52,332 nt of DNA. It comes from a virus. Its lineage: Duplodnaviria > Caudoviricetes. This document shows positions 42,332 to 52,094 of the stretch, in pieces. Both the position numbers and the translations under genes were made by a program. The DNA is taken from positions 1 through 52,332 of IMG/VR virus record IMGVR_UViG_3300023103_000007. One strand, 5' to 3'. Every line of letters starts with the position of its first letter. Within the stretch, counting starts at the first letter, position 1. Under the pieces are notes generated by a model. It did not search any database and was not told the DNA's origin. It was given only the letters and a program-made list of their open reading frames with translations.

Positions 42332-45141
42332 TGCCTCAGGCTCTTGTTGGTCTCATTGTAGCAGCTGGTGTTCCTGGTCTCGTGACTGCTGCTGGTACAC
42401 TCACTCTTGCTGGTACACTCACATCATTCGCCATAGGTGTTGGTCTGTCTCTTGCTGGGAGTGCTCTTCTTGCTGCTGCTCAGAAGACACCCAAGCCACA
42501 GGATGTGCAGAATACTCTCAGGCAGCCAGTACCCCCTAGAATGAGGTACTATGGAAGACATAGGGTGGGTGGATCACTCATGGCCATAGAGACCTGGCAG
42601 GGGAACCTGTATCAGGTCATCGCCCACTCTCAGGGTCTTCTGGATGGTGTTGAGGGATATATAATCGACAACAGGTCAGTCACCACTGACTCCAGTGGTA
42701 ACGTCACGTCAAGACCATACCCGCGAACAGTCAGCGTTGGGAACCCAGTGCGGGTGAGGTGTGTCACGTATCCGGGAACTGCCTCACAGCTGGCGGATCC
42801 CGACATGATGACTCGGTTTCCTGATCTCTGGACAGAGTATCACAGGCTGCGTGGAGTGTGCTACACTGTGTTTACTGCTGCACGTGTGAAGTCTGAGTAC
42901 TTCATAAATGTCTATCCAACAGGTATACCTAAACTTAATGTTGATGCCAGGTTCAGCAGGGTGTTTGACCCCAGGGATCCCACACAGTCTAGGTCTGACC
43001 AATCAACGTGGAAGTATACCACCAATCTCGCTCTCCAGTTTGCAGACTACCTCACTCACCCTGATGGCATGCAGATAGACTGGTCCATGATAGACGAGGA
43101 CAGGCTCTCCACGGCTGCTGACGTGTGTGACGAAGTTCTCACCACTAAGTCAGGATCGTCTGTCCTCAGGTATCACGGTGGGCTCTCATACTCTCTCACC
43201 TCTGAGCCAAGAGAGGTGGTGGATAGGTTCCTCTTCTCCATGGATGGCAGGTTGTCTCTTCTTCCGTCTGGTAAGATAGCTGTGGATGCTGGCAAGTGGG
43301 TGGAGCCAGTGGTTCATGTTGAGGACAGGCACATCTGCTCCTTCGAACTCACTGACAGCTCTGGTCCACTGTCTGAGGCAAATGAGATAATCATTAAATA
43401 TACGTTTGAGGAGGCTAACTTCTCCGAGACGACCTGTGATCCCTGGAGAGATGATGACCTGATCAGTCAGTACGGTGAGGTGAAGACCAAGGACTTTGAG
43501 GCATTTGAGATAAGAAGCCACAACCATGCAAGACGGATAGCCAAGATCTTGTCAGAGAGACTGAGTCCTCGATGGTCTGGGACTATCGTCACCAACCTGT
43601 TTGGTATGAAGTGCTACGACCAGAGGTGGATCCTACTCAGTATTGACAGTCTGGGCATAGAGGCAGAGACATTCGAGATACTGAGTTTCACTGAGAGCTT
43701 CCTGGACGGAAGAGTTGTCATGGAGGTTGCCTCCTTCCGCGAGGAGATCTACAACTTTGATCCTGCCACTGAGGAGGGAACAGCCCCCACAGCCCCCGAG
43801 CTACTGGAGGAGAGCGATGTCACTCCTCCTGAGGGGATTGAGGCAGAGACTGTGCTGGTTACTGGAGGTTACTCTGTCATAAGAGTCTCATGGGATGCGC
43901 AGAGGAATGACTACAGTGTACAGGTGCAGTATGCCATAGCGAACTCCGGACAGTGGCAGGCTGTCGCAGTATCCGACAACTCTACATCAGTTGACATATA
44001 TAGTCTTATTGATGGTGAGGAGTATGATGTACAGGTCAGGAACATTGCTGCATCAGGTACACCGTCCACCTGGGTCACTCTGGAGGACATACAGTACATC
44101 GGCAACCCCTCCCCGCCTGGGTCTCCGACATCACTTAGTGTCTCATCCTCAGGTGCCGATGTCGTTGTCACCTGGATAACTCCCAACAGCCAGTCCTTCA
44201 GTAGGAGTCGGCTCTACAGGGCACCAGCAGGATCCCCCCTTGGGTCGGCAGCTGATATATCTGGGTCTCTGTTCGGGTCACCTAACCAGTCAGTGACTTA
44301 TATTGACAGTCCGCCATATGGTAGTTATGACTACTGGGTTGTTGCTGAGAATGCGTCTGGAGTGCAGTCTTCTCCTACTGGACCAGTTAGCCTCTCGGGA
44401 GGGGTGCAGCCTGAGACTTCTGCTCTTCTGGCGAGGATGACAGTGCAGCCTTCATCTGCGAGAAGGAACCTGATAGATGAGCTGATCTCCTCACTCAAGA
44501 GCGCAGGTGTGTGGTCCAAGCTCAACACTCTCTATGTCTATGCAGCACACTCTCAGCAGGCCTCTCTCCTTAACTGGAGATCATCCTCCTACGACAGCTC
44601 AGCACTGGGCTCTCCTGTCTTCACTGCCGACAGGGGCTTTGCTCTGTCGAGTGGATCCAGCATAGACACTACTATGAACCCGTCAACTGCTGGAGCACCA
44701 TACACACAGAACTCTGCGCACTTTGGTTTGTGGAGCAGAACATCTGGACAGTTCACTGGCTATGAGCTTGGATCCACAGCCTCTGCAGCATCTAACTACT
44801 CGTACGTGAGGCTGCGCTCCACCTCGGACACACTGGGTGCCAGGATCAATGACCTGACTGCACTTACAGTGACTGGAGTCACTGATGCCTCAGGCCACAC
44901 TGTGGTGAACAGGAGTGGAGCCACCGCGAGGCAGGTCTTTAAGAATGGCGTTCAGGTGTTCAGTGATAGTGTGGCCTCATCTGGTCTCACGAACTCCAGC
45001 ACTCACGTTGGCAGGATGTCGACAACATACACAGACAGACAGATAGCCGCTGCACATACTGGTGGGTCACTCACTGCAGGAGAGGCAGATGCTCTGTATG
45101 ATGCTCTGTACACCTACATGTCTGCAGTTGGTGCTGCCTGA
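42331..45141 (+). CDS. Central tail/host-specificity protein with FN3 repeats and a C-terminal lectin-like domain
   Basis: YG..RVGG, HRLRGVCY, VFDPR, N.AL..ADYL; FN3-like YDVQVR and YDYWVVAEN. Confidence 0.85.
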   Translation: MPQALVGLIVAAGVPGLVTAAGTLTLAGTLTSFAIGVGLSLAGSALLAAAQKTPKPQDVQNTLRQPVPPRMRYYGRHRVGGSLMAIETWQGNLYQVIAHSQGLLDGVEGYIIDNRSVTTDSSGNVTSRPYPRTVSVGNPVRVRCVTYPGTASQLADPDMMTRFPDLWTEYHRLRGVCYTVFTAARVKSEYFINVYPTGIPKLNVDARFSRVFDPRDPTQSRSDQSTWKYTTNLALQFADYLTHPDGMQIDWSMIDEDRLSTAADVCDEVLTTKSGSSVLRYHGGLSYSLTSEPREVVDRFLFSMDGRLSLLPSGKIAVDAGKWVEPVVHVEDRHICSFELTDSSGPLSEANEIIIKYTFEEANFSETTCDPWRDDDLISQYGEVKTKDFEAFEIRSHNHARRIAKILSERLSPRWSGTIVTNLFGMKCYDQRWILLSIDSLGIEAETFEILSFTESFLDGRVVMEVASFREEIYNFDPATEEGTAPTAPELLEESDVTPPEGIEAETVLVTGGYSVIRVSWDAQRNDYSVQVQYAIANSGQWQAVAVSDNSTSVDIYSLIDGEEYDVQVRNIAASGTPSTWVTLEDIQYIGNPSPPGSPTSLSVSSSGADVVVTWITPNSQSFSRSRLYRAPAGSPLGSAADISGSLFGSPNQSVTYIDSPPYGSYDYWVVAENASGVQSSPTGPVSLSGGVQPETSALLARMTVQPSSARRNLIDELISSLKSAGVWSKLNTLYVYAAHSQQASLLNWRSSSYDSSALGSPVFTADRGFALSSGSSIDTTMNPSTAGAPYTQNSAHFGLWSRTSGQFTGYELGSTASAASNYSYVRLRSTSDTLGARINDLTALTVTGVTDASGHTVVNRSGATARQVFKNGVQVFSDSVASSGLTNSSTHVGRMSTTYTDRQIAAAHTGGSLTAGEADALYDALYTYMSAVGAA

Positions 45142-45152
45142 GGGAGGAAGAT

Positions 45153-45674
45153 ATGGTTGTTGGTGACTTCAGGGACTACACTGGGATGGAGAGCAGCAGG
45201 AACTCCAGGATTATGTCTCAGCTTATGAAGTTGTCTGAGAAGATCAGTATTCTCAGTTCATCTCAGCTGAGTGACGAACAGAAGATAGGGGCTATACAGA
45301 CAGCGCTAATTCAGCTAAACTTAAGCGTAGTGTCTCTCGGAGACAGCATCACCTCTCTTCAGGAGCTGGTCAACACTAAGATGACTGCCCTCAGCGGATC
45401 AGCAAGGAGTCTCAAGATTCTTCCTGATGTTGTCAAGAGTTATAGTTCTATTCTCTCGATCGTGTTGGCAGGAGACAGGTCATACGAGCTGGTCTGCACT
45501 GGTGCACTCACTACTGACACTATTCTTCCATACGTAAAGAGTGCACCCTCTGGTTTTCGTCTTGTTCGTGCAGTACCCACAGCCACAGACAGAGTTACAG
45601 TAACGATAGCAGAGCCAGCTCTCGCAGTAGGATTCACAGGTACCATGACCGTTGGTCTGGTTGCACTAAGGTAG
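45153..45674 (+). CDS. Putative short tail fibre/accessory protein
   Basis: Coiled coil followed by a small beta domain; GGAGG RBS. Confidence 0.55.
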   Translation: MVVGDFRDYTGMESSRNSRIMSQLMKLSEKISILSSSQLSDEQKIGAIQTALIQLNLSVVSLGDSITSLQELVNTKMTALSGSARSLKILPDVVKSYSSILSIVLAGDRSYELVCTGALTTDTILPYVKSAPSGFRLVRAVPTATDRVTVTIAEPALAVGFTGTMTVGLVALR

Positions 45675-45678
45675 TACA

Positions 45679-48378
45679 ATGGGACAGATATCAGACATTG
45701 CATCCAGCGTCTTCAGGGACTGGGAGACACAGGGAGTACCATCGAGTGGAGCACATGAGCCTGACAAGGCAGAGACCAGAGATTTATTTTCTCTAATTGA
45801 CGATCAAATATCGCAAATATTATCTGGGTTATCTATAGGTGATATGGTAATATACCCATCAGTTTTGGATATGGAAGACGATTTCGATAACCAAGATCCA
45901 GGACAATATGCTCTTATCGTATCCTCTGATGTTGATAAACTTAAAATATATGTAAGAGGTTCAACAGAATGGGAGTTCGTTACCACATTATCTGCTGCTG
46001 ATGTGGCTAATACTGAACAGGTAATAACTTGGGGTTTCTTTGGTGTAGTTGAATTTGATCAAAATGGTATACTGGGTCAAGTACGTACAATTTATTTACC
46101 AAGAAATTATTATTATAAGAGGGATGGTGTAGAGTATTCTATAACAAACGCTGGTACAGAAAGCACACGTTATCCTGGTAAAACAGAGATACAATATCCA
46201 GCAGGAGCGACACTCTATGCTTTATATATTGACACAGAAGACAACGTTTCTCCATTTAAGTTACAAGCATATGGATCCACCTCCCTCTCCCGATCAGAGA
46301 GATACATACCTGTTTTAACATTTTCTTCTGGTGTAGTACAGTTTTCAAACGTCAGGTATCAGGATCTAGAGGGTGTAGAAAAGACAGTATATTTGAATTA
46401 TCCTATTGTTGTTGATAACGCTACTGTATTCGTTCCTGATGGTTTTGTGGGATCTGATTCTGTTGCTAATTTTACAGATAGAATATTTTATAAAGAAATG
46501 GCATTTACATCAGATGGATCAGGAAAACAATTATGTTGGAATCATGCTAATTTCTTAAATAATTTAGATCCATGGGTAGTTACAGGTTATCCAAGAAACC
46601 CACAATCAGCAGCTGTTACACCAATCTTAAGATCTTTTAATGGTAGCTATATACCATTATCTGGTGTAGATGTTGTCGGGGAGGTTACTGGTGGTACTAT
46701 TAGAAACCAAGCTGTGACTGGTAAATCTAATCCTGAATTGTGTGATATAAAAATACCGACAAATGTTTTGTCTGATATAACAGAATCAAATTTACTTGCA
46801 TTGGGTTTTACTAAGGGTTATGCTAGTCCAACTGGTTCATTTAACCATTATGGTGTGTTATTATCTGATAATGCTCCTGGTAGATGGGCATTTGTACGTA
46901 TTTATGTTCAGACAGATACAGATAATAGTTTTGGTTCTGTGACTGGATTTTTTACAACACCAACACTCTCTGGTAACTCTTCTTTCTCTTTAGTGAGAGA
47001 AAAAACTCTTTCTGCTAGAGCTGCCATTTTTTGTGGTTGGGCTAAAATGCCATCCACAACACTTTATACAGGTATTTGGGTTGGTAGTGTTTCTGGTGGT
47101 TCTGTTAATGTAATAGTCTGTGGGTTACAGATTGGTTATGGTTCATCATCTAGATCTTGGGTAAGAAGAGGTGATTATCCTACAGCAGATCAATCTGTTG
47201 ATAAGAAATTAATGAATGTTATTGGATCAACAGAAGTTTCTCCAGAACCGAGCCTATTGTATCCTGATGACATGTGGATGATTGAGAATAGAAATAGATC
47301 TTTTTATCCAACATGTATTGTAGAACAAAGACAAGAAGGTGATACACTAAGGTTTGCGTTATCTACCAGAAAAGGATCTGATAGGTATCCTTTTGCAGAT
47401 GTAAGAGGAGACAGTTCTGTAGAACTGTCTCCTTCTCGTTTGGGTTCTTCTATCCGTGTGTTGGCTCGTAGAACATTGTCTTCCGCTAAAGCAGACAGAT
47501 ACTATAAAGATATTGGTGTACATATTGCTCCTGCAGCAAGTTTAAGTGGTCAAACTGTAAGACCTCTTTATATCGGAGACAGTATAACAGAAATAAGCGG
47601 TCGTACTGCGGCAATGGTGAGAAAGTTAACATCTTTAAGTATGACTGTTGTTCCTGTTGGTACAGTTGATGTTGTAGAAACTGGGGAATCTGGTACAACT
47701 AAGGCAGAAGGTAGGTCATCTAGAAGATATGATGAGTATACTGGGGAAGATCAAAGTAGAACAGCACCAATAACTCCTGGTAATGAATCAACATATCTTG
47801 CTTTAAGTACAGCATCTAAGAGAGAATATAACCCCTTCCTTAGAGCATCAACTGGAGGAGATCCATCTGAATATATTTTTGGCGGATATATTTTTGATCT
47901 TTCTTTCTATCTAACTAGATTCAGTTTAAATACACCAACACACATCATCATCAATCTTGGTACTAATGATTTTAATCAACTCGGTCCAGTTGATGGTGCT
48001 GCTTCTGTTGATGCAGGTATTCGTTGTCTAGTAGCTAGAATAAGAGCCACACACCCAATACTACCTATTGCGTTCTCTATTAACCAACAACCAAGAACAC
48101 CATCAGGTGATGCTTTTTGGATACAGAGACAAACTATTAACATCAAGACACATTTTGAAACATTAGAAGATATCGCAGACTCTAATTGTTATGTTTTACC
48201 TGGATATGCTCACATATCTCCTGACGATGGTTGGCCATTTCCAACACCAACTACAGACCCAATAACAGGGCAAAAGAAAACGACAATAACAGATGGATTA
48301 CATTATGAGGGTATAGCTACAGAACAAATGGCTGAATTAGAGTCAGCTTGGATAGCCTGTATAACAGCTGGTGTTTAA
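45679..48378 (+). CDS. Tail spike/receptor-binding protein with a C-terminal SGNH/GDSL esterase
   Basis: N-terminal anchor FRD...GVPSSG.HEP.K; IGDSIT, EGRSS, NLGTND, DGLH. Confidence 0.8.
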   Translation: MGQISDIASSVFRDWETQGVPSSGAHEPDKAETRDLFSLIDDQISQILSGLSIGDMVIYPSVLDMEDDFDNQDPGQYALIVSSDVDKLKIYVRGSTEWEFVTTLSAADVANTEQVITWGFFGVVEFDQNGILGQVRTIYLPRNYYYKRDGVEYSITNAGTESTRYPGKTEIQYPAGATLYALYIDTEDNVSPFKLQAYGSTSLSRSERYIPVLTFSSGVVQFSNVRYQDLEGVEKTVYLNYPIVVDNATVFVPDGFVGSDSVANFTDRIFYKEMAFTSDGSGKQLCWNHANFLNNLDPWVVTGYPRNPQSAAVTPILRSFNGSYIPLSGVDVVGEVTGGTIRNQAVTGKSNPELCDIKIPTNVLSDITESNLLALGFTKGYASPTGSFNHYGVLLSDNAPGRWAFVRIYVQTDTDNSFGSVTGFFTTPTLSGNSSFSLVREKTLSARAAIFCGWAKMPSTTLYTGIWVGSVSGGSVNVIVCGLQIGYGSSSRSWVRRGDYPTADQSVDKKLMNVIGSTEVSPEPSLLYPDDMWMIENRNRSFYPTCIVEQRQEGDTLRFALSTRKGSDRYPFADVRGDSSVELSPSRLGSSIRVLARRTLSSAKADRYYKDIGVHIAPAASLSGQTVRPLYIGDSITEISGRTAAMVRKLTSLSMTVVPVGTVDVVETGESGTTKAEGRSSRRYDEYTGEDQSRTAPITPGNESTYLALSTASKREYNPFLRASTGGDPSEYIFGGYIFDLSFYLTRFSLNTPTHIIINLGTNDFNQLGPVDGAASVDAGIRCLVARIRATHPILPIAFSINQQPRTPSGDAFWIQRQTINIKTHFETLEDIADSNCYVLPGYAHISPDDGWPFPTPTTDPITGQKKTTITDGLHYEGIATEQMAELESAWIACITAGV

Positions 48379-48388
48379 GGAAAAACCC

Positions 48389-48601
48389 ATGATACTATCT
48401 AAAGACGAAACACAGGTAGGATTTATAGAATTGTCTAAACTGGAGGGTTTAGACAAACAGATAGAGGTCTACTTAGATGACAAATTGATCGAAGATTGGA
48501 TATCTGTTGACACTAATAAAGAAACAGTTACAACAGATGAAGGAGAGTTTTCAGGTAAAGTTGAAATTAATATAATTGACAACTCATTCCCTATGGATTA
48601 A
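48389..48601 (+). CDS. Small acidic protein
   Basis: AAGGA RBS; AT-rich module. Confidence 0.6.
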   Translation: MILSKDETQVGFIELSKLEGLDKQIEVYLDDKLIEDWISVDTNKETVTTDEGEFSGKVEINIIDNSFPMD

Positions 48602-48612
48602 GGAGAAAAACC

Positions 48613-49470
48613 ATGAAAGAAAATTTCAACAGATTATTAAAATTAGTTTTAGTCCACGAAGGTGGTAAGGTGGACGATCCTAGAGACCCAGGAGGGCGTA
48701 CAAATCAAGGCGTAACCCAGAGAACATTTGATGCTTACTTAAGTGTAAGACACCAACAACATAGGGACGTATTTACTTTAACCGACGCAGAAAGAGACGA
48801 GATATATCAAATACAATACTGGAACAAAACCCAATCCACCTCCCTCCCCGATGGCGTCGATTATGTGGTCTTTGATGCAGCTGTACACTCTGGCCCAGCA
48901 CAAGCAGCTAAGTGGTTACAAAGAGCAGTAGGATCAAATCCTGATGGCGTAATCGGGGAGAGGACTGTTGCTGCCGTGTATGCTAGTCGTAATATAGCTG
49001 ATATTATTAATTCTGTGTGCGATCAAAGACTAACCATGATGAAACGTCTTCCTACTTGGAAAACTTATGGTAAGGGTTGGACACGTAGAGTAGAAGAAGT
49101 TAGGAGATTAGCTCTGGAGCTCGCTGGAGGAAGGGAGATTACGCCATCTAGTAGGGTAGAGGAGGCACACTCGAAGGCAGCCTCGAAGGATGCAGTACCC
49201 TCTCCAGCCCGTGCTCCGGGGGACATAGCGATAGGGGTGGGGACAACTCTCCTCACGGCCTCTCCTCTGGGTCTTGCGATAGCCGAGGCAACTGACACCC
49301 TGAGGCCTCTTGTGAGTGCTCTTCCTTCTGTTGGCTACATAGTTACTGGCCTCACTCTTGTCGGTGTGGCTGCTGCTGCTGCTGGCTCGCTCTACAGAGT
49401 GTGGGCTGCTCGGAGGACTAGAGAGATTGCCAGCGATCTTGGAGTAGAGAACCCAGAGGTGATAGTATGA
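48613..49470 (+). CDS. Endolysin (GH108 lysozyme, PG-binding domain, hydrophobic C-terminus)
   Basis: HEGG..D.P.DPGG.TN.GVT, IY..QYW, FDAAVHSG, YGKGWTRRV. Confidence 0.92.
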   Translation: MKENFNRLLKLVLVHEGGKVDDPRDPGGRTNQGVTQRTFDAYLSVRHQQHRDVFTLTDAERDEIYQIQYWNKTQSTSLPDGVDYVVFDAAVHSGPAQAAKWLQRAVGSNPDGVIGERTVAAVYASRNIADIINSVCDQRLTMMKRLPTWKTYGKGWTRRVEEVRRLALELAGGREITPSSRVEEAHSKAASKDAVPSPARAPGDIAIGVGTTLLTASPLGLAIAEATDTLRPLVSALPSVGYIVTGLTLVGVAAAAAGSLYRVWAARRTREIASDLGVENPEVIV

Positions 49471-49775
49471 CATGGAGGCAGTCGAGACCATACGTGATCG
49501 TTGTCCTGGTGACGGCTGCTGTCCTCACACTCTCTGTCGTTTCTCGTCATCTATACAGGTCGTCCTACATCAGCGGATACAACTCAGCCGTCACCAGGAC
49601 AGCGATCACCCTGGAGAGGCTCAGTGTTCCCTGTGGTGACGGAGTGTCCGTCAGGGTGAGGATAGCCCAGGTGGTCTCCGACATATGCACCAGCTCACCT
49701 GATCCCATGTCCTGTCTGAACTCCTCAGGAGCAGCCTCTCACCACAACCCCCTCCCCGCTGCCCGCGAGGACTGA
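49467..49775 (+). CDS. Membrane-anchored lysis-module protein (spanin-like?)
   Basis: N-terminal TM, Y..GY, Cys-containing tail; directly after the endolysin. Confidence 0.4.
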   Translation: MTWRQSRPYVIVVLVTAAVLTLSVVSRHLYRSSYISGYNSAVTRTAITLERLSVPCGDGVSVRVRIAQVVSDICTSSPDPMSCLNSSGAASHHNPLPAARED

Positions 49776-49776
49776 C

Positions 49777-50208
49777 ATGAGTACCATTCAGCAGACTTTC
49801 TTTGAGTGGATGAAGTCCAATCTTGGTCCAGTCATAACTATAGTGACAATACTCATTGGTGTGGTTGCCTCTGAGATAAACCAGATAAACAGGATAGACG
49901 CCCTGGAGAAGTTTCAGGCATCACACATACTGTTCCACGGAGAGCGTGGCAAGGAGGTGGAGGGTAAGATAGCCACCATAGAGCAGAAGATCACACCGAT
50001 TGACAACATGTCATACAGACTCAGTCGGGTGGAGATCAGTGTGGATCAGTCCTCCCAGAATGTATCCAAGCAGATGGACGCTATTGGCTCCAAGGTCGAC
50101 AAGATGTCCAGTGTGTTCCTCGAGGCTAGTGTGAAGATGGGTGACAGACTCACGAGGATTGAGACTCTCCTCGAGGGTAGTCCTCACCCTGCACCATCCA
50201 GAAGGTAG
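49777..50208 (+). CDS. Single-TM coiled-coil protein (holin or lysis accessory?)
   Basis: NLGPVITIVTILIGVV TM followed by a coiled coil. Confidence 0.55.
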   Translation: MSTIQQTFFEWMKSNLGPVITIVTILIGVVASEINQINRIDALEKFQASHILFHGERGKEVEGKIATIEQKITPIDNMSYRLSRVEISVDQSSQNVSKQMDAIGSKVDKMSSVFLEASVKMGDRLTRIETLLEGSPHPAPSRR

Positions 50209-50699
50209 CCTTGGGCGTAGGCAACGTGGAGTTCATCAGGTGTGGCTGGCAGTTCGCTGGAAGCGGCAATAATGCGGTCAATTCTTGCGTTGTGTGTAAA
50301 ACGTTGTTGGGACTCAAGCATACCTTCATCGCAATGCCCCTCTTTCTTTTGGTATTTTAACCATTCTAAATCCTTTGCTAGTATTTCAGGAGATTTTACC
50401 TCTGACGTTGCTGGAGGGGCAGCGTAAATAGGGACGATTTTAGGAATGTCAGGAGCGCATCCGTTAGCATATTCTTGCGCGTCTTTCTTTTCTTTGAAAG
50501 ATGTGCAATGATTAATACCTATATTTTTGTTAAATATTAAAGACCACCCTACAGGCTCCTGCTTCGACGCTTCCAGATGAGCGCGGGCGGCTTTTATAAC
50601 TAAGTCAATTGATTTTCTCATCTTCTGCTTTTTTGAATAGTAAGCCTGCATTAATCTTATGTCATTTATCGCTTCTTCCAACTGTTCAAGTTCTGTCAT
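50184..50699 (-). CDS. Hypothetical protein (island; 3' end runs into the convergent gene)
   Basis: QEPVGW...VPIYAAPP pattern of temperate-phage early genes; 25-nt convergent overlap. Confidence 0.6.
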   Translation of the reverse strand: MTELEQLEEAINDIRLMQAYYSKKQKMRKSIDLVIKAARAHLEASKQEPVGWSLIFNKNIGINHCTSFKEKKDAQEYANGCAPDIPKIVPIYAAPPATSEVKSPEILAKDLEWLKYQKKEGHCDEGMLESQQRFTHNARIDRIIAASSELPATPDELHVAYAQGYLLDGAG

Positions 50700-51106
50700 T
50701 GGTTAAGTCCTCCCATTATTGTTTCGCATCTTTTCAATGTTCTTTTCATTCTATTACAAGCATTATCAAACTCAAACTTCCAAGCCTGTAAATGTATCAT
50801 CCCGCTATCTTCTAATATCGCCCTGACTTGCTCAAGCTGATGGCGGCGGGCGGTTTCCTTGGCTGCGTCAGGATCATCTATATCTGTTGTAAATTCCTGC
50901 CCAAGCAAATCATTTAGGCTGCATTGGAGTGCTCCGCAAAGTGAAAGAGCTGTAGCTATTGTCGGGTTAGTTGACATTCCTTTTTCAATTTCCCACACAT
51001 GGGACTTTGAGCACTTCATCCTCTTAGCTACCTGATCCAGAGATAGGCCTAATTCGCGCCTTCGCTTGCTAATATATTTCGATATATTCTCTGATATTTT
51101 ACTCAT
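50696..51106 (-). CDS. XRE-family HTH regulator
   Basis: RRELGLSLDQVAKRMKCSKSHVWEIEKG...NPT...L..AL.CSLNDL. Confidence 0.88.
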   Translation of the reverse strand: MSKISENISKYISKRRRELGLSLDQVAKRMKCSKSHVWEIEKGMSTNPTIATALSLCGALQCSLNDLLGQEFTTDIDDPDAAKETARRHQLEQVRAILEDSGMIHLQAWKFEFDNACNRMKRTLKRCETIMGGLNQ

Positions 51107-51555
51107 CCTCCGAACCTCTCTCTGCGCTTGGCAAGGGCTGCGTCTGCGAAGGCCATTGCCCTTTCAGCTGACCATTCCTTTGGCTCACAGCTATGGTTGA
51201 AGTTGGATGAGCTTAGAACTCCCTGCAACGCCGCACAAAACACCTGATCCCAGAAGCGTTGCGCGTCCGGTGTCACGGATGGGGTGGTAGACTTTTCAGT
51301 TGCTTTGCCGCCACCCATTTTGAGCAATTCTTGACCTTCTCGCGCATCTTTTTGAGCGGGAGTTTCGGCTTCGGGTTCTTCCCATGGGCCGATGATCTCA
51401 AAATCGAATTCTCCTGAACGATAGCAGACTTCTGCAATTCCGTCCAAATTGTAAAAAATACCAACGTAATCACGGTCTAAATCTACTCCTACCCATAACA
51501 ACTTATCGCCGCCCGCCGTCTTATAAAACTCTCCGACCTTTAAATTACTTTGCAT
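51103..51555 (-). CDS. Hypothetical protein
   Basis: LKVGEFYKT.GG N-terminus; AALQG.L...A..A..FADA.L..R C-terminus. Confidence 0.7.
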   Translation of the reverse strand: MQSNLKVGEFYKTAGGDKLLWVGVDLDRDYVGIFYNLDGIAEVCYRSGEFDFEIIGPWEEPEAETPAQKDAREGQELLKMGGGKATEKSTTPSVTPDAQRFWDQVFCAALQGVLSSSNFNHSCEPKEWSAERAMAFADAALAKRRERFGG

Positions 51556-52087
51556 CTTTCAGCGCCTTTTCTGCTTGGGTGATGGCGGATTTAACTGCCG
51601 ATCTCGCAGTAATATGTCTCGCCATCGGCTCGTTGTAATGAGCCATCTTTGGCTCTGAACATTCTAAGGCGACACCAGCTACTTCAAGCGCTTCAACAAG
51701 AGCAGCAATTTTAGCTTCACTCTCAGCAAGAGCGTCTTCAGCCAATTCCCTGGCATGAATCTCGGCATTCATTCTTTTGGTAGCAATCTTGACGGCATTA
51801 ATTTGATTGCCCTCGCGGATTAGGGCGCACTCAAGAGCAACCTTTGTGTTGCGCAGGCCATTCAGTGCTTCTTCCAGCGCCTCCACGAGCGCGGCGTGGG
51901 AGTTGACCGCTTTGACGATTAGTTCAGCGTCTGCTTTACTCTTCAGTGCAACATGACCACCTTCACATTCTGGCAAACGGATTATTTTGTTGCCAAATAA
52001 AACTGGGTTGATTATCCATCCTCTTGTCATGGCTGGATGCTGCCCGACGACCCACGGCAATGGGCTGTGCTTAAGTTCTTCTGTCAT
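51545..52087 (-). CDS. Hypothetical protein (KHSPLPW / HTPGPW type)
   Basis: KHSPLPW...ADAELIVKAVNSHAALVEAL; GAGG RBS. Confidence 0.75.
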   Translation of the reverse strand: MTEELKHSPLPWVVGQHPAMTRGWIINPVLFGNKIIRLPECEGGHVALKSKADAELIVKAVNSHAALVEALEEALNGLRNTKVALECALIREGNQINAVKIATKRMNAEIHARELAEDALAESEAKIAALVEALEVAGVALECSEPKMAHYNEPMARHITARSAVKSAITQAEKALKDAK

Positions 52088-52094
52088 AATTACC

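Noticed and set aside
42331-48378. Diversity-generating retroelement or invertible tail cassette
   Set aside because: No reverse transcriptase, invertase or TR/VR repeat pair was seen.
50696-51106. Lysogeny module or prophage
   Set aside because: The XRE gene lies in the foreign island; no integrase, ParA, protelomerase, att site or host genes were seen.
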